The notes beneath the pieces are model-generated. The model did no database searches. It saw only the letters and a list, made by a program, of their open reading frames with translations, and had not been told where the DNA came from. Positions 9,231 to 17,780 of a stretch of DNA of 36,753 nucleotides are shown piece after piece (the stretch's first letter is position 1; the number at the start of each line of letters is the position of its first letter). The stretch lies in the IMG/VR virus record IMGVR_UViG_3300012940_000057, positions 1-36,753 of that record; one strand, given 5' to 3'. The stretch comes from a virus. Its lineage: Duplodnaviria > Caudoviricetes. The position numbers and the translations under genes were made by a program.

Positions 9231-9361
9231 AATAATTTCCTCCTATTTCCAGTTAATATACATTATAAACAATTTCCTAAATATCTATTCATTTCCTTCT
9301 TTTTTTCATCTAAAAATTTCGACAAATTTTTTATATTTAAAAAATGTTAAAAAATAGAAAA

Positions 9362-9382
9362 AAGCAAGCTAAAAGCTTGCTT
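9362..9382 (-). terminator. Intrinsic terminator after the TK-like gene
   Basis: AAGCAAGCT/AGCTTGCTT stem with a T tail on the - strand. Confidence 0.65.
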
Positions 9383-9413
9383 CCATTATATCAAATTTTT
9401 CTTTGAAAATTCT

Positions 9414-10064
9414 TTATATTATAGTGGATAGTTCAACTTTTTGTCTTTTAAAATATGCCATTTGATCTTTATAACAAGTTCTACATACAGGTTTATATTC
9501 TATATCCTTATCTTTATCATCCAAGTGACCATAATTATCATAAACATCTAATTCATTACCTTCAAAATTTGGCAAACCGTTCTCATATCTTAGATTAAAC
9601 AAAGCTTTTTTATTGCAATGTTCATTTGAGCAAACAGTTTTCATTTCCTCAATTTTATCAGACCATCTTAATAAAGCTTCTGCCCCTGTAAATCCACCAA
9701 AATTATTTTTAAAATTGGTTTTTAAACCATAACAGATAACTGGAATTTCTAATTTATCTACAATTTCCGTAAGTTCATACACCTGTAATTCTGTAAGATA
9801 ATGTGCATCATCTACTAAAACACAATAGATATGCTGTTTTGTTTTTAAGATATGAGGAATTATGTCTATGTCGGAGGGTTTTAAAATTAAGTCAGCTTTT
9901 CTTTTGATTCCGGTACGACTCTCTACATAATCGCCATTGGATACACTAGGCTTAATTAAGAAAATAGACTTATCTTGATAACATTCATAATTATGAGCGA
10001 CAGCTAAACAATTCAAAGATTTACTACTTGACATAACCCCATATCGGAAATATAATTTTGCCAT
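9414..10064 (-). CDS. tdk: Thymidine kinase (TK1-type) homolog with altered DEAQF motif
   Basis: MAKLYFRYG.M.S.KS, VESRTG, PVICYGLKTNF, KTVC, YKPVCRTCY. Confidence 0.85.
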   Translation of the reverse strand: MAKLYFRYGVMSSSKSLNCLAVAHNYECYQDKSIFLIKPSVSNGDYVESRTGIKRKADLILKPSDIDIIPHILKTKQHIYCVLVDDAHYLTELQVYELTEIVDKLEIPVICYGLKTNFKNNFGGFTGAEALLRWSDKIEEMKTVCSNEHCNKKALFNLRYENGLPNFEGNELDVYDNYGHLDDKDKDIEYKPVCRTCYKDQMAYFKRQKVELSTII

Positions 10065-10093
10065 TTTGACAAAACCTCCAACAAGTTATTTTT

Positions 10094-10394
10094 AAAAAGT
10101 ATGAAATATTTAATACATTTTGTTTAAAAAGTGTTGAGATTTTTAAACAATTTATCTTAAAAAAGTATGATATTTTGTTTAAATATTTATGATCATACTT
10201 TTTGTTGCAATTTTGTTTAAATATTTAAGACAAATTGCATCACTTTTTATGAGTTCATACTTTTGTATGAAATTTTGCATAAATATTTCACACCCTTAAA
10301 TCTTTATGTTTAATCCCTTTTAATTATTCCTGATTAGAATTATTTTTTTAAAATAAAACAAAAAATAAAAAGTATGAAAAAATTCATACCTTTT
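10094..10394. repeat. AT-rich array of direct and inverted repeats
   Basis: AAAAAGTATGA at 10094, 10160, 10367 with inverted copies at 10193, 10255, 10383. ATTTTGTTTAAATATTTA exact at 10172 and 10210, variants at 10117 and 10272. Confidence 0.8.
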
Positions 10395-10403
10395 ATTGTT
10401 ATA

Positions 10404-11129
10404 TTATAAAGTTTTTGGTTTTAACCATTCTTTATAAATAATTTTCGCCCATGATTCAAATGATTCCGCATGTTGTTCTAATTCATTTTCATTAATCCAA
10501 ATTCCTGTTAATTCTTCTTCTTTAGAATCAATCTCTTTGGACAATACTTCAATCTCAAATATGACACCTAAATGATCAAGATCGACTCCTGTATTGGATT
10601 TTAACAGTCCTTTTAGTTTAATGGATTTAATCAGATTGTCCGTAATTCCGGCTTCTTCTTCCAGCTCTCTTTTCAATCCATTCAGTAAAGTTTTTTCAAG
10701 ACTTGACTCAACTGCTTCATATGAATCAACATGTCCACCTAATAAGCCCTTTTTATTTTCTAATCGGATTTCTCCTACTCCACTTCCTCTTAAAATAAAG
10801 AAGTAATCATTTTCAAATCTAACTATACAATATGGGATTGGATGACGTTGTGTAGGATTATATTCCAATAAACTTCTTCTATCCTTGTAAAAAGGAATAG
10901 AAGGTAATTTATCTGTTATTGTTAATCCGTCAGGAACATTATTTAAATCAGCACTTCTAAAATAAATAATCTCTTCCTTTGTAGACGGTTTAATCTGTTC
11001 CAGCCGGACAGCTTTGACTTTATTCCATGTATTCCATTCCTCAGAATTAACTTCATAAGTATCTCGTTTACTTACAATTTCATCAATCGAATGTTTACTT
11101 GACCACTGAATTTTTTCTTCATACTTCAT
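10404..11129 (-). CDS. Nudix hydrolase (YmaB/COG4112-like)
   Basis: QRHPIPYCIV, GEIRL, GGHVD...GLKRELEEEAGI Nudix box, HLGVIF, FESWAKI. Confidence 0.85.
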   Translation of the reverse strand: MKYEEKIQWSSKHSIDEIVSKRDTYEVNSEEWNTWNKVKAVRLEQIKPSTKEEIIYFRSADLNNVPDGLTITDKLPSIPFYKDRRSLLEYNPTQRHPIPYCIVRFENDYFFILRGSGVGEIRLENKKGLLGGHVDSYEAVESSLEKTLLNGLKRELEEEAGITDNLIKSIKLKGLLKSNTGVDLDHLGVIFEIEVLSKEIDSKEEELTGIWINENELEQHAESFESWAKIIYKEWLKPKTL

Positions 11130-11141
11130 AACAACTTCCCC

Positions 11142-11678
11142 CTATTGCTCTATTTCTTTGAATCGTGGAAGTATTTCCCCATCTACATCTACCAAAGAGA
11201 AAAATCTTTCATACGGTTGAGCAAACGTTTCATCACCATTTGAATAAATCATGAATACATCATCTTTGTAATCATGAAAATATAATTCATTTAATTGATA
11301 AATTTTAATATTAACATCATCTTCCGTATGTTTGACCGTAATATATTTATCATAATCTTTTATTATTTTTACTGGAATAGATACTCCTTTTGCAGTATAA
11401 ATATTTTGCTTATAATGAAGATATTTTTTTCCTTTTAATAAGGATTCTAATTTTAACACAGTATCCATTTTATTTGTTTCCTGTGTCAAATTAACTTTGT
11501 CATATAAATTTTGTATGGATTCATTAGACTTAAATGAATTTAAAATAAATTCCATAATGATTCTTGCTTTGTACTTATTATCTTTATTTAATTGTAAGAC
11601 TTGATGGTAGATTTTTTCTGCCATTGAATTATTTTCTCTAGTGAAATAATCTCTATTTCTAAATAACCATTCAAACAT
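11142..11678 (-). CDS. Hypothetical protein with DUF1653-like C-terminal domain
   Basis: GKKYLHYKQNIY...KHTE...MIY...FAQPYERFFS.V......PRF. Confidence 0.65.
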   Translation of the reverse strand: MFEWLFRNRDYFTRENNSMAEKIYHQVLQLNKDNKYKARIIMEFILNSFKSNESIQNLYDKVNLTQETNKMDTVLKLESLLKGKKYLHYKQNIYTAKGVSIPVKIIKDYDKYITVKHTEDDVNIKIYQLNELYFHDYKDDVFMIYSNGDETFAQPYERFFSLVDVDGEILPRFKEIEQ

Positions 11679-11690
11679 TTTTTATCACCT

Positions 11691-12152
11691 TTACAATTCT
11701 TCAAGTAATCGGTTTATTAAAATTTCAATTGTCAGTTTTGGTAATTTGGAGATTTTATTGAATAAATAATCAGCATCTTTCATGCATTTCTCATTCAACT
11801 TTTCGGCAGTTAATAATTTGCTTTTTTCTTCTACTTTAACAGTCTCGACCTTGTAAGGTTTTGCTTTTGTAAGGATTCTTTTTCGTTCAATTTGATAATC
11901 GGTTTTGTTTGGACTTCGAGACTTTGAAGGTTTTTCCACATCAGAAAATTCATTGACAATAATTTTTTCAATATCTTCATCCGTCACATCTAACATTTTT
12001 AACATCTTTTTAAATGCTGATATTTGTGGATGTTTTATTTTGCCAGTTTCAATTTGTGATACCCAAGTATTATTCATTCCTAGCATGTTTGATAAATCTT
12101 TTGAAGAAATACCTTTCCTGATTCTTAGATCTCTTACAAGTTTGTCAATCAT
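11691..12152 (-). CDS. XRE-family HTH transcriptional regulator
   Basis: LRIRKGISSKDLSNMLGMNNTWVSQIETGKIKHP. Confidence 0.85.
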   Translation of the reverse strand: MIDKLVRDLRIRKGISSKDLSNMLGMNNTWVSQIETGKIKHPQISAFKKMLKMLDVTDEDIEKIIVNEFSDVEKPSKSRSPNKTDYQIERKRILTKAKPYKVETVKVEEKSKLLTAEKLNEKCMKDADYLFNKISKLPKLTIEILINRLLEEL

Positions 12153-12168
12153 AAAGTTTCCTCCATAA

Positions 12169-12339
12169 TTAACTCCAAGTAATTTGTTCTAACTCATATT
12201 GAAGGCAAGCCAAACAAATCAAATCTTCATTCCTGTATACAGAAACATTGTTAAGAATGGTATCATTCCACAGAATATACTTAGGCTTTGGAACTAAAAT
12301 CACATGATCATTTGATTCACCGCAGTAATCACAATTCAT
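12169..12339 (-). CDS. Small zinc-finger-like protein (56 aa, not in ORF track)
   Basis: MNCDYCGESNDHV...LICLACLQYELEQITWS. RBS GAAAGGGG. Fills the gap between neighbours. Confidence 0.65.
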   Translation of the reverse strand: MNCDYCGESNDHVILVPKPKYILWNDTILNNVSVYRNEDLICLACLQYELEQITWS

Positions 12340-12396
12340 AATTAAATCCCCTTTCGTTCGGATAATTATATATTGAACAAAAGAGGATTGACTTAT

Positions 12397-12855
12397 TCAC
12401 AAATTGTATTTAATTTTTGTTTTTTCTAACCCTTCATTCGCTAACTGATCTGCTAAATCATTCAATTCAATTCCCGAATGAGCCTTGACTTTAAAAAATG
12501 TTATATTCTCTTGCTGTTCCACCAACTCAATTAATTCTTTCCACAAGTCAACATTTTTTACTCTACCCTTCGTTGTTTTCCAGTTGTTCAGCAACCAATT
12601 TCGATACCAGCCTTTATTAAAACAATTGACAATATATAGACTGTCACTATATATTTCAACAGGAATATGAGTAGTAGTAATACATTTTAAAGCTTCAATA
12701 CAAGCTTTTAATTCCATTCGATTATTGCTTGTATCTCTTTCTCCCCCACAAATTTCTTTCTTATGATCTTTATATATTAAGACAGCACCCCATCCACCCA
12801 CTTGATTCTTATGGATATGACAAGCACCGTCTGTATAAATAATTATTTTTGTCAT
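12397..12855 (-). CDS. rnhA: Ribonuclease HI
   Basis: IYTDGAC, GGWG, TSNNRMELKA, YSDS.Y, VKNVDLW, KVKAHSG...N..AD.LA. Confidence 0.95.
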   Translation of the reverse strand: MTKIIIYTDGACHIHKNQVGGWGAVLIYKDHKKEICGGERDTSNNRMELKACIEALKCITTTHIPVEIYSDSLYIVNCFNKGWYRNWLLNNWKTTKGRVKNVDLWKELIELVEQQENITFFKVKAHSGIELNDLADQLANEGLEKTKIKYNL

Positions 12856-12865
12856 TCTCCACCTC

Positions 12866-12940
12866 TAAGGAAAAATAAAAAGCAAAAAAGAAAGGCACTT
12901 TCCGCAACCTTTCTTTTTTGTTTGTTCATCTTATTTCCTA
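12866..12940 (-). terminator. Long terminator-like hairpin immediately 5' of the rnhA RBS
   Basis: CAAAAAAGAAAGG(12883-12895)/CCTTTCTTTTTTG(12908-12920), extendable by 12866-12878/12931-12940. Confidence 0.75.
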
Positions 12941-13330
12941 AAGACAAAGGGAGAGTGATCTCAGTGTTAAAGCTAGTTTTACGTTAGTAGCCATTTTTGA
13001 ACTAGAAGCATAAATTTTTTGTGAAAAGCACTCAAAGTTGTATAAAATATTTTTTTTGGCTAACACTAATAAATAGGACTTATTTTGTCTTGACAGCATA
13101 ATTATCATCTATTGAGGGAGAAATCTTTATGCCAAACAACAACACTAGTTCAAAACACATTAGTCGGATTCTTAGGCATTAACATAGCAAGTCAACCATT
13201 AATAATGAAATATACAGCACATACCTTTATATAACAACACAGGAAGAACAATATTCATTATTAGTGTAGAAAAAAATATTTATCAACTTTGAGTAAGCTT
13301 TTCTTACAATCTGTCTGTTAACTGATTGTA
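12866..13330 (-). ncRNA. Candidate large structured non-coding RNA or leader (unknown family; strand inferred from context)
   Basis: Several 7-11 bp perfect long-range complements in two interleaved stems, flanked by hairpins. No ORF of 60 aa or more is contained in it. Confidence 0.55.
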
Positions 13331-13358
13331 ATATTACTATTTACATCTTTGAAAGGTT

Positions 13359-13640
13359 TTATTCAATCTTTTTATAAATTTCTGCAATTCCTTGATGAAT
13401 GACAAATATCTTGCCATCTTTCACATAAATTATTTTCCCAAAATAATTTGTCAAGTTGATATGTAGAGGGTTTTTCAAAATATAAATCCCCCTATATACA
13501 ATATCGTCTATGTTTAAATGATTATTGTTTATCGGATACAATTTGAAAATTTGTTGTCTTGATAAATATTTATTGATTGTAACAAGACATTCAAAAGAAC
13601 AATCATTTATTTTGTTGGTAACATAAGCGTGAATTAACAT
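13359..13640 (-). CDS. Hypothetical protein
   Basis: 93-aa ORF with RBS AAGGAG, co-oriented with neighbours. Confidence 0.6.
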   Translation of the reverse strand: MLIHAYVTNKINDCSFECLVTINKYLSRQQIFKLYPINNNHLNIDDIVYRGIYILKNPLHINLTNYFGKIIYVKDGKIFVIHQGIAEIYKKIE

Positions 13641-13649
13641 ATTAACTCC

Positions 13650-14342
13650 TTATTTATTTACTTCTTCTTCTTCGGAAACAAAGAAATTAAATCCGGTTGC
13701 TTGAATACAATTAAGTAAATAGCAATAATCCTCTTCCGTCATTTCTTTTCCGTTAAACCAACAAAAATCAATGTTGTTAATGTCATTTTTCTTTATACCA
13801 AAAACTGCTAAATCAAACACTTGTTCTACAGGATTTAAGTTAATTCCTGTAATGGTAATATAAAAATTAATGTATTCTTTATTTTCATATTGCTGTGCAA
13901 TTAATCCTACAGTTCTTACTGATTGATTGTCCAATTCAATACTAATCTCAGGGAAAGCAATTCCTTCTGTACTCTGATTAATTTCGGTGAAGTAAGATCG
14001 AATAATATCATCTCCACCAAAATAATTATTTTTATTAAATTTCCCATCAATAAATAAAGGAATAGGCTCTTTTTCATACTTTTCTTTTTCAGATAACTTC
14101 ATGTGATAATTTTTTAAACGATTCACACGCAGTTTTTCTAAAACAGCAGGAGTAAATACAGAATATTCGTCTACACGTTTTAACCATGTTAACCATTCAT
14201 CATCAGTAATGTATGATATGGGTTTTACATTTCCTTCTAAAGCCATAAGACGGTCAAGCAATGCTCCGAATTGTAAATGATTATGCTTTGACCAATATGC
14301 TTTAATTTCGTCAAGTAATTCTTTATTTTTCTCAGTTACCAT
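13650..14342 (-). CDS. Hypothetical protein (start moved to MVTEKNK)
   Basis: RBS AAAGGAGG precedes the ATG at 14342. The longer ORF-track start runs through a terminator. Confidence 0.7.
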   Translation of the reverse strand: MVTEKNKELLDEIKAYWSKHNHLQFGALLDRLMALEGNVKPISYITDDEWLTWLKRVDEYSVFTPAVLEKLRVNRLKNYHMKLSEKEKYEKEPIPLFIDGKFNKNNYFGGDDIIRSYFTEINQSTEGIAFPEISIELDNQSVRTVGLIAQQYENKEYINFYITITGINLNPVEQVFDLAVFGIKKNDINNIDFCWFNGKEMTEEDYCYLLNCIQATGFNFFVSEEEEVNK

Positions 14343-14450
14343 ATCTGAACCTCCTTTGATATTATTGTTTGCAGTTCTAAAATTTTTATCCAAATTTATT
14401 TTGAAAGTACATAATAAAAATAGTATGGGGCATAATATAAAATTAAAAAA

Positions 14451-14477
14451 AAGTGTAGTGAAAAAATCACTACACTT
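14451..14477 (-). terminator. Intrinsic terminator after thyA
   Basis: AAGTGTAGTGA/TCACTACACTT stem with a T tail on the - strand. Confidence 0.8.
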
Positions 14478-14519
14478 CAACGCTTATCGTTCAGCGATAG
14501 CAAAGAGGGATTGGATGGA

Positions 14520-15344
14520 CTACACACTCACTTCACCTTTAATTGATGGATGGGAATCATAATTTGCTAATTGGATGTGATCTAAAGTAAATTCATTAAT
14601 ATCTTTAATATTTGCATCTAATATTAAAGTTGGCAATGGTTTAGGCTTTCTTCCAATTTGTTTCACAATTTGCCGGATATGGTTTTTGTAAATATGTGCA
14701 TCACCAATTGAATGAATAAACTCCCCTACATCCAAATCACAAACATGAGCAATCATATGAGTCAATAAAGAATAACTCGCAATGTTGAAAGGACAACCCA
14801 AGAAAATATCGCACGACCTTTGATATAAGTGACAACTTAATTTTCCATTAACAACATAGAATTGGAACAAAACATGACAAGGAGGAAGATTCATTTTTCC
14901 TGTTTTGTAATCGCCCACGTTCCAAGCACTCACAATAAGCCTTCGAGAATCAGGGTTTTTCTTAATTTCTTCAATAACTTCTTTAATTTGATCAATTTCA
15001 ATGCATTGTAAGTTACCTTCTGAATCTTCGTCATAATACTGCCAGCTTCTCCATTGTTGACCGTAAATTCTACCCAAGTTTCCATTTTCATCTGCCCATT
15101 CATTCCAAATGTCATTATTGTTTTCTAATAAATATTTGGTATTCGTATCACCTCTTAGAAACCACAATAATTCACTTGCAATTAGCCGAAAAGGGATTTT
15201 TTTAGTAGTCATTAATGGAAAACCTTTTTGTAAATCGTACCGCATTTGGTAGCCAAAAATTGAAATTGTTCCAGTACCCGTTCGATCTTGTTTATCTATT
15301 CCATTCCTTAGTGTGTACTTTGCAAAGTCTAGGTATTGCTTCAA
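14520..15344 (-). CDS. thyA: Thymidylate synthase
   Basis: [49 protein letters not shown] start after RBS AAAGGAGG. Confidence 0.97.
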   Translation of the reverse strand: MKQYLDFAKYTLRNGIDKQDRTGTGTISIFGYQMRYDLQKGFPLMTTKKIPFRLIASELLWFLRGDTNTKYLLENNNDIWNEWADENGNLGRIYGQQWRSWQYYDEDSEGNLQCIEIDQIKEVIEEIKKNPDSRRLIVSAWNVGDYKTGKMNLPPCHVLFQFYVVNGKLSCHLYQRSCDIFLGCPFNIASYSLLTHMIAHVCDLDVGEFIHSIGDAHIYKNHIRQIVKQIGRKPKPLPTLILDANIKDINEFTLDHIQLANYDSHPSIKGEVSV

Positions 15345-15386
15345 ATTTTGACCTCCTTTCATAAGGTTAGTAAAGTATATATTTCG

Positions 15387-15545
15387 TCACTTGTCATTAT
15401 TCCATTTTTTATATTTTATTTTCCCCTCATAAACTCCAAGTAAATAACCATCAAGAAATATTTCTTTTTCTTCAAATGTCAATTCTCTACCGTCTAAAAA
15501 TTCTTCATATATTTTAAATAGCCTTTGAATTTTTTCTCTATTCAT
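15387..15545 (-). CDS. Small hypothetical protein (52 aa, not in ORF track)
   Basis: MNREKIQRLFKIYEEFLDGRELTFEEKEIFLDGYLLGVYEGK..., start overlaps the upstream stop. Confidence 0.55.
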   Translation of the reverse strand: MNREKIQRLFKIYEEFLDGRELTFEEKEIFLDGYLLGVYEGKIKYKKWNNDK

Positions 15546-15870
15546 TTGTTCTTCCTAACCTTCTTAATTCATTCGCTTTTTCCTCTGAAAGATAAATAAA
15601 TCTTTTGGAAGTCAATTCTTTGACAAGACTTCTCAGTGCAAGATCATCATCTTTTGTTAATGCTTCGGCTTTTTCAAGATCTTCAAGCAAATCATATAAT
15701 TCAACTGCTATTAGTCGGAAATCATTGGAATCAAAATTAACAAAATAATTTTCCTTTGCCATTTCGACTACACTTTCATTACGATCAATGGGAGTACCAA
15801 TTACTTTCGGGGGAATTTTTCTAATTGCTTGTAACAATCTGTCTATATCTTGTCTTTGTAATTCGGACAT
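15538..15870 (-). CDS. Hypothetical protein
   Basis: ORF with RBS GAGGTG before the ATG (MSELQ). Confidence 0.65.
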   Translation of the reverse strand: MSELQRQDIDRLLQAIRKIPPKVIGTPIDRNESVVEMAKENYFVNFDSNDFRLIAVELYDLLEDLEKAEALTKDDDLALRSLVKELTSKRFIYLSEEKANELRRLGRTNE

Positions 15871-15883
15871 TTTGCACACCTCA

Positions 15884-16054
15884 TTATAGATGATCTTTTG
15901 CTACAAAAAGGAAGGATAATGCTTCATCAATTTTTCTATTGGAAAATTCTGAACAATGAATAACCGGAATATCCTTTAAACATATAATTGCATTGTCTAT
16001 ATTCATGATTGCTTTTCTTTTATTTTTTGATTTAATTTGTCTTTTGGTGTACAA
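15884..16054 (-). CDS. Small hypothetical protein (56 aa, not in ORF track)
   Basis: TTG start after RBS AAGGTGA: MYTKRQIKSKNKRKAIMNIDNAIICL... Confidence 0.5.
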   Translation of the reverse strand: MYTKRQIKSKNKRKAIMNIDNAIICLKDIPVIHCSEFSNRKIDEALSFLFVAKDHL

Positions 16055-16072
16055 AAATTATCACCTTCATTT

Positions 16073-16438
16073 TCATGCTGGATAAACCAAAATAGATTGA
16101 GATCCACCAATTGAAATGTTATCATCAATAATAATCATGGTGCTTAAATCTTTAAACACTCTAATTCTGCAAGGAGTTTCTATGACAAGTTCATCATATA
16201 AGGCACTTCTTTTATATACCTTTTCATTGTCAGTATTATAAATATCAAAATTAAAAAATAAAGAATCATAAAAACCTTCATATTCTCCATCTTCATTGAT
16301 AGTATCTTTTTTTGGGTATACATGTATGATGGTTCTGCCATATAGCACTTTAGGAATTTTGTCATCTTCTTGATATGAAGTAAATGTATCTTGAATTAAT
16401 TGAACGGATTCTTCATTTAAAGGAACTTCAATTTTCAT
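16073..16438 (-). CDS. Hypothetical phage protein
   Basis: 121-aa ORF with RBS AGGAGG. Confidence 0.7.
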   Translation of the reverse strand: MKIEVPLNEESVQLIQDTFTSYQEDDKIPKVLYGRTIIHVYPKKDTINEDGEYEGFYDSLFFNFDIYNTDNEKVYKRSALYDELVIETPCRIRVFKDLSTMIIIDDNISIGGSQSILVYPA

Positions 16439-16665
16439 GTTGATCCTCCTGTTAATTACATGTTATTTTTTACCATTTATTTTTTCACAGTCCTGTCATT
16501 CATATTCAATCTTACAATTAGATAAAATGTTGATTTTATTCAGAATTTTACGTCATTTTTTCCGCAGAAATATGCTTAAAAAATTTTGACTATAACCCCA
16601 AACTTCGCCAAAAACCCTACGTCTAGGAAGTTTTTATAGCTTCTTTCAGCTAAAGGAAATTTTTT

Positions 16666-16860
16666 CTAAAAGGTGCATAGGCAATCTTCGCAAACATACC
16701 AAGCATCTAATACTTTTAATGTCTCCATATCCATATAAAAATAAATATCCGGATTCATATTTAATCTATATAAGCCTACCACTTTTACATTTGGATAGCC
16801 TACTTCATAGCCGTTCCAATCTGATTCCCATTTACATTCCAGATTTAACAGAAAATTCAT
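16666..16860 (-). CDS. Hypothetical protein (start MNFLLNL)
   Basis: RBS AAGGAG before the ATG at 16860. Confidence 0.6.
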   Translation of the reverse strand: MNFLLNLECKWESDWNGYEVGYPNVKVVGLYRLNMNPDIYFYMDMETLKVLDAWYVCEDCLCTF

Positions 16861-17005
16861 TTTCAATCTCCTTAAACAATCTTTCAGAAATTTCAACAAC
16901 AGACATATTGTTATAATCATCTAAACCTAAATAATGTTTTCCATTTTCTTCATAAGCAATTACAGTACCATAATAATTAGATAGTCCTAGTGGAATATTT
17001 TTCAT
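16832..17005 (-). CDS. Hypothetical protein (start MKNIPLG), paralog of upstream neighbour
   Basis: RBS AAGGAG. Shares NG..Y.GLD........S...F...E.EF with 17007-17339. Confidence 0.65.
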   Translation of the reverse strand: MKNIPLGLSNYYGTVIAYEENGKHYLGLDDYNNMSVVEISERLFKEIENEFSVKSGM

Positions 17006-17006
17006 A

Positions 17007-17339
17007 TTAATTCTCCTTTGTGTCATTTCCAAATTCTTCTTCAAATGCTTGGAAGAATTTCTTAGAAACAATAATTGCATGAATTTCTTCTGAATTATCT
17101 AACCCGATATAATATTCGCCATTTAATTCAAAACCTATCCATTTATATTCTTGATTCTTTTCAAAAGAGATTTTATAACTTGTCTCAATTTTCTTATTCG
17201 CCATGTCTGATCCTTCTTCAATTTCTTCATTATTATTGTTGTTATCATTATCGTTTCTATAATAACTAGGAATAGAATTTATATTATTGAATGTTTGATT
17301 AGGCAATATTCTTCTTGTCCTCTTTCTTCTTTTAGTCAT
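17007..17339 (-). CDS. Hypothetical protein with basic/low-complexity N-terminus
   Basis: RBS AAGGGTGA. C-terminal domain is paralogous to the downstream gene. Confidence 0.65.
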   Translation of the reverse strand: MTKRRKRTRRILPNQTFNNINSIPSYYRNDNDNNNNNEEIEEGSDMANKKIETSYKISFEKNQEYKWIGFELNGEYYIGLDNSEEIHAIIVSKKFFQAFEEEFGNDTKEN

Positions 17340-17357
17340 ATTGTCACCCTTTCTTTA

Positions 17358-17729
17358 TCAAGAATGAACAATATCATTATTTATATCCTCAATTAATCTT
17401 TGAATTTCATTCAATTCTTCCAATGCTTTTTCTTTTGAGATCCGTTTGTAAGTATAATCAAAAACAATTTCATATATTACATCAATACTTACACAACCAT
17501 GAATATCTAAATAATGTAGATATTTTTCATATAATTCTGTACCTTCCTCTATAAATATTTCTTCATTTGGCATCCCAATATGCTTACTAATAAATTCTAC
17601 AATTGATTGAAGTTCATTATCTAAAAAACCAATTGATCCATCAACTTGTAAAGCACTCATAAGTTTGTATGATTTCTTTTCTAAAGTTTGGTGAAGATCT
17701 AACAAAAATCCTACTAATTTATTATTCAT
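17358..17729 (-). CDS. Hypothetical protein
   Basis: 123-aa ORF with RBS GAAAGGG. Confidence 0.65.
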   Translation of the reverse strand: MNNKLVGFLLDLHQTLEKKSYKLMSALQVDGSIGFLDNELQSIVEFISKHIGMPNEEIFIEEGTELYEKYLHYLDIHGCVSIDVIYEIVFDYTYKRISKEKALEELNEIQRLIEDINNDIVHS

Positions 17730-17746
17730 TTTCTTAACCCTTTCAA

Positions 17747-17778
17747 GTAATGTTAGGGGGTATATCCCCCTAACATTA
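17747..17778. terminator. Strong hairpin (terminator-like)
   Basis: TAATGTTAGGGGG/CCCCCTAACATTA. Confidence 0.65.
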
Positions 17779-17780
17779 TT

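Noticed and set aside
10081-10400. CRISPR array interpretation of the repeat region
   Set aside because: Repeats are short, in mixed orientation and irregularly spaced. No cas genes are present in the window.
12397-13330. Retron (msr/msd) or DGR interpretation of the structured segment next to RNase H
   Set aside because: No reverse transcriptase in the window, no template/variable repeat pair, and the arms interleave rather than simply flanking the element.
14343-14480. Hydrophobic N-terminal extension of the 276-aa ORF
   Set aside because: It runs through the thyA terminator, and a strong RBS marks the ATG at 14342.
16440-16665. Non-coding gap with short dyads (ATAAAATGTTGATTTTAT; AAAAACCCTA..TAGGAAGTTTTT)
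   Set aside because: Single weak palindromes in AT-rich DNA with no second full copy found; not enough to call.
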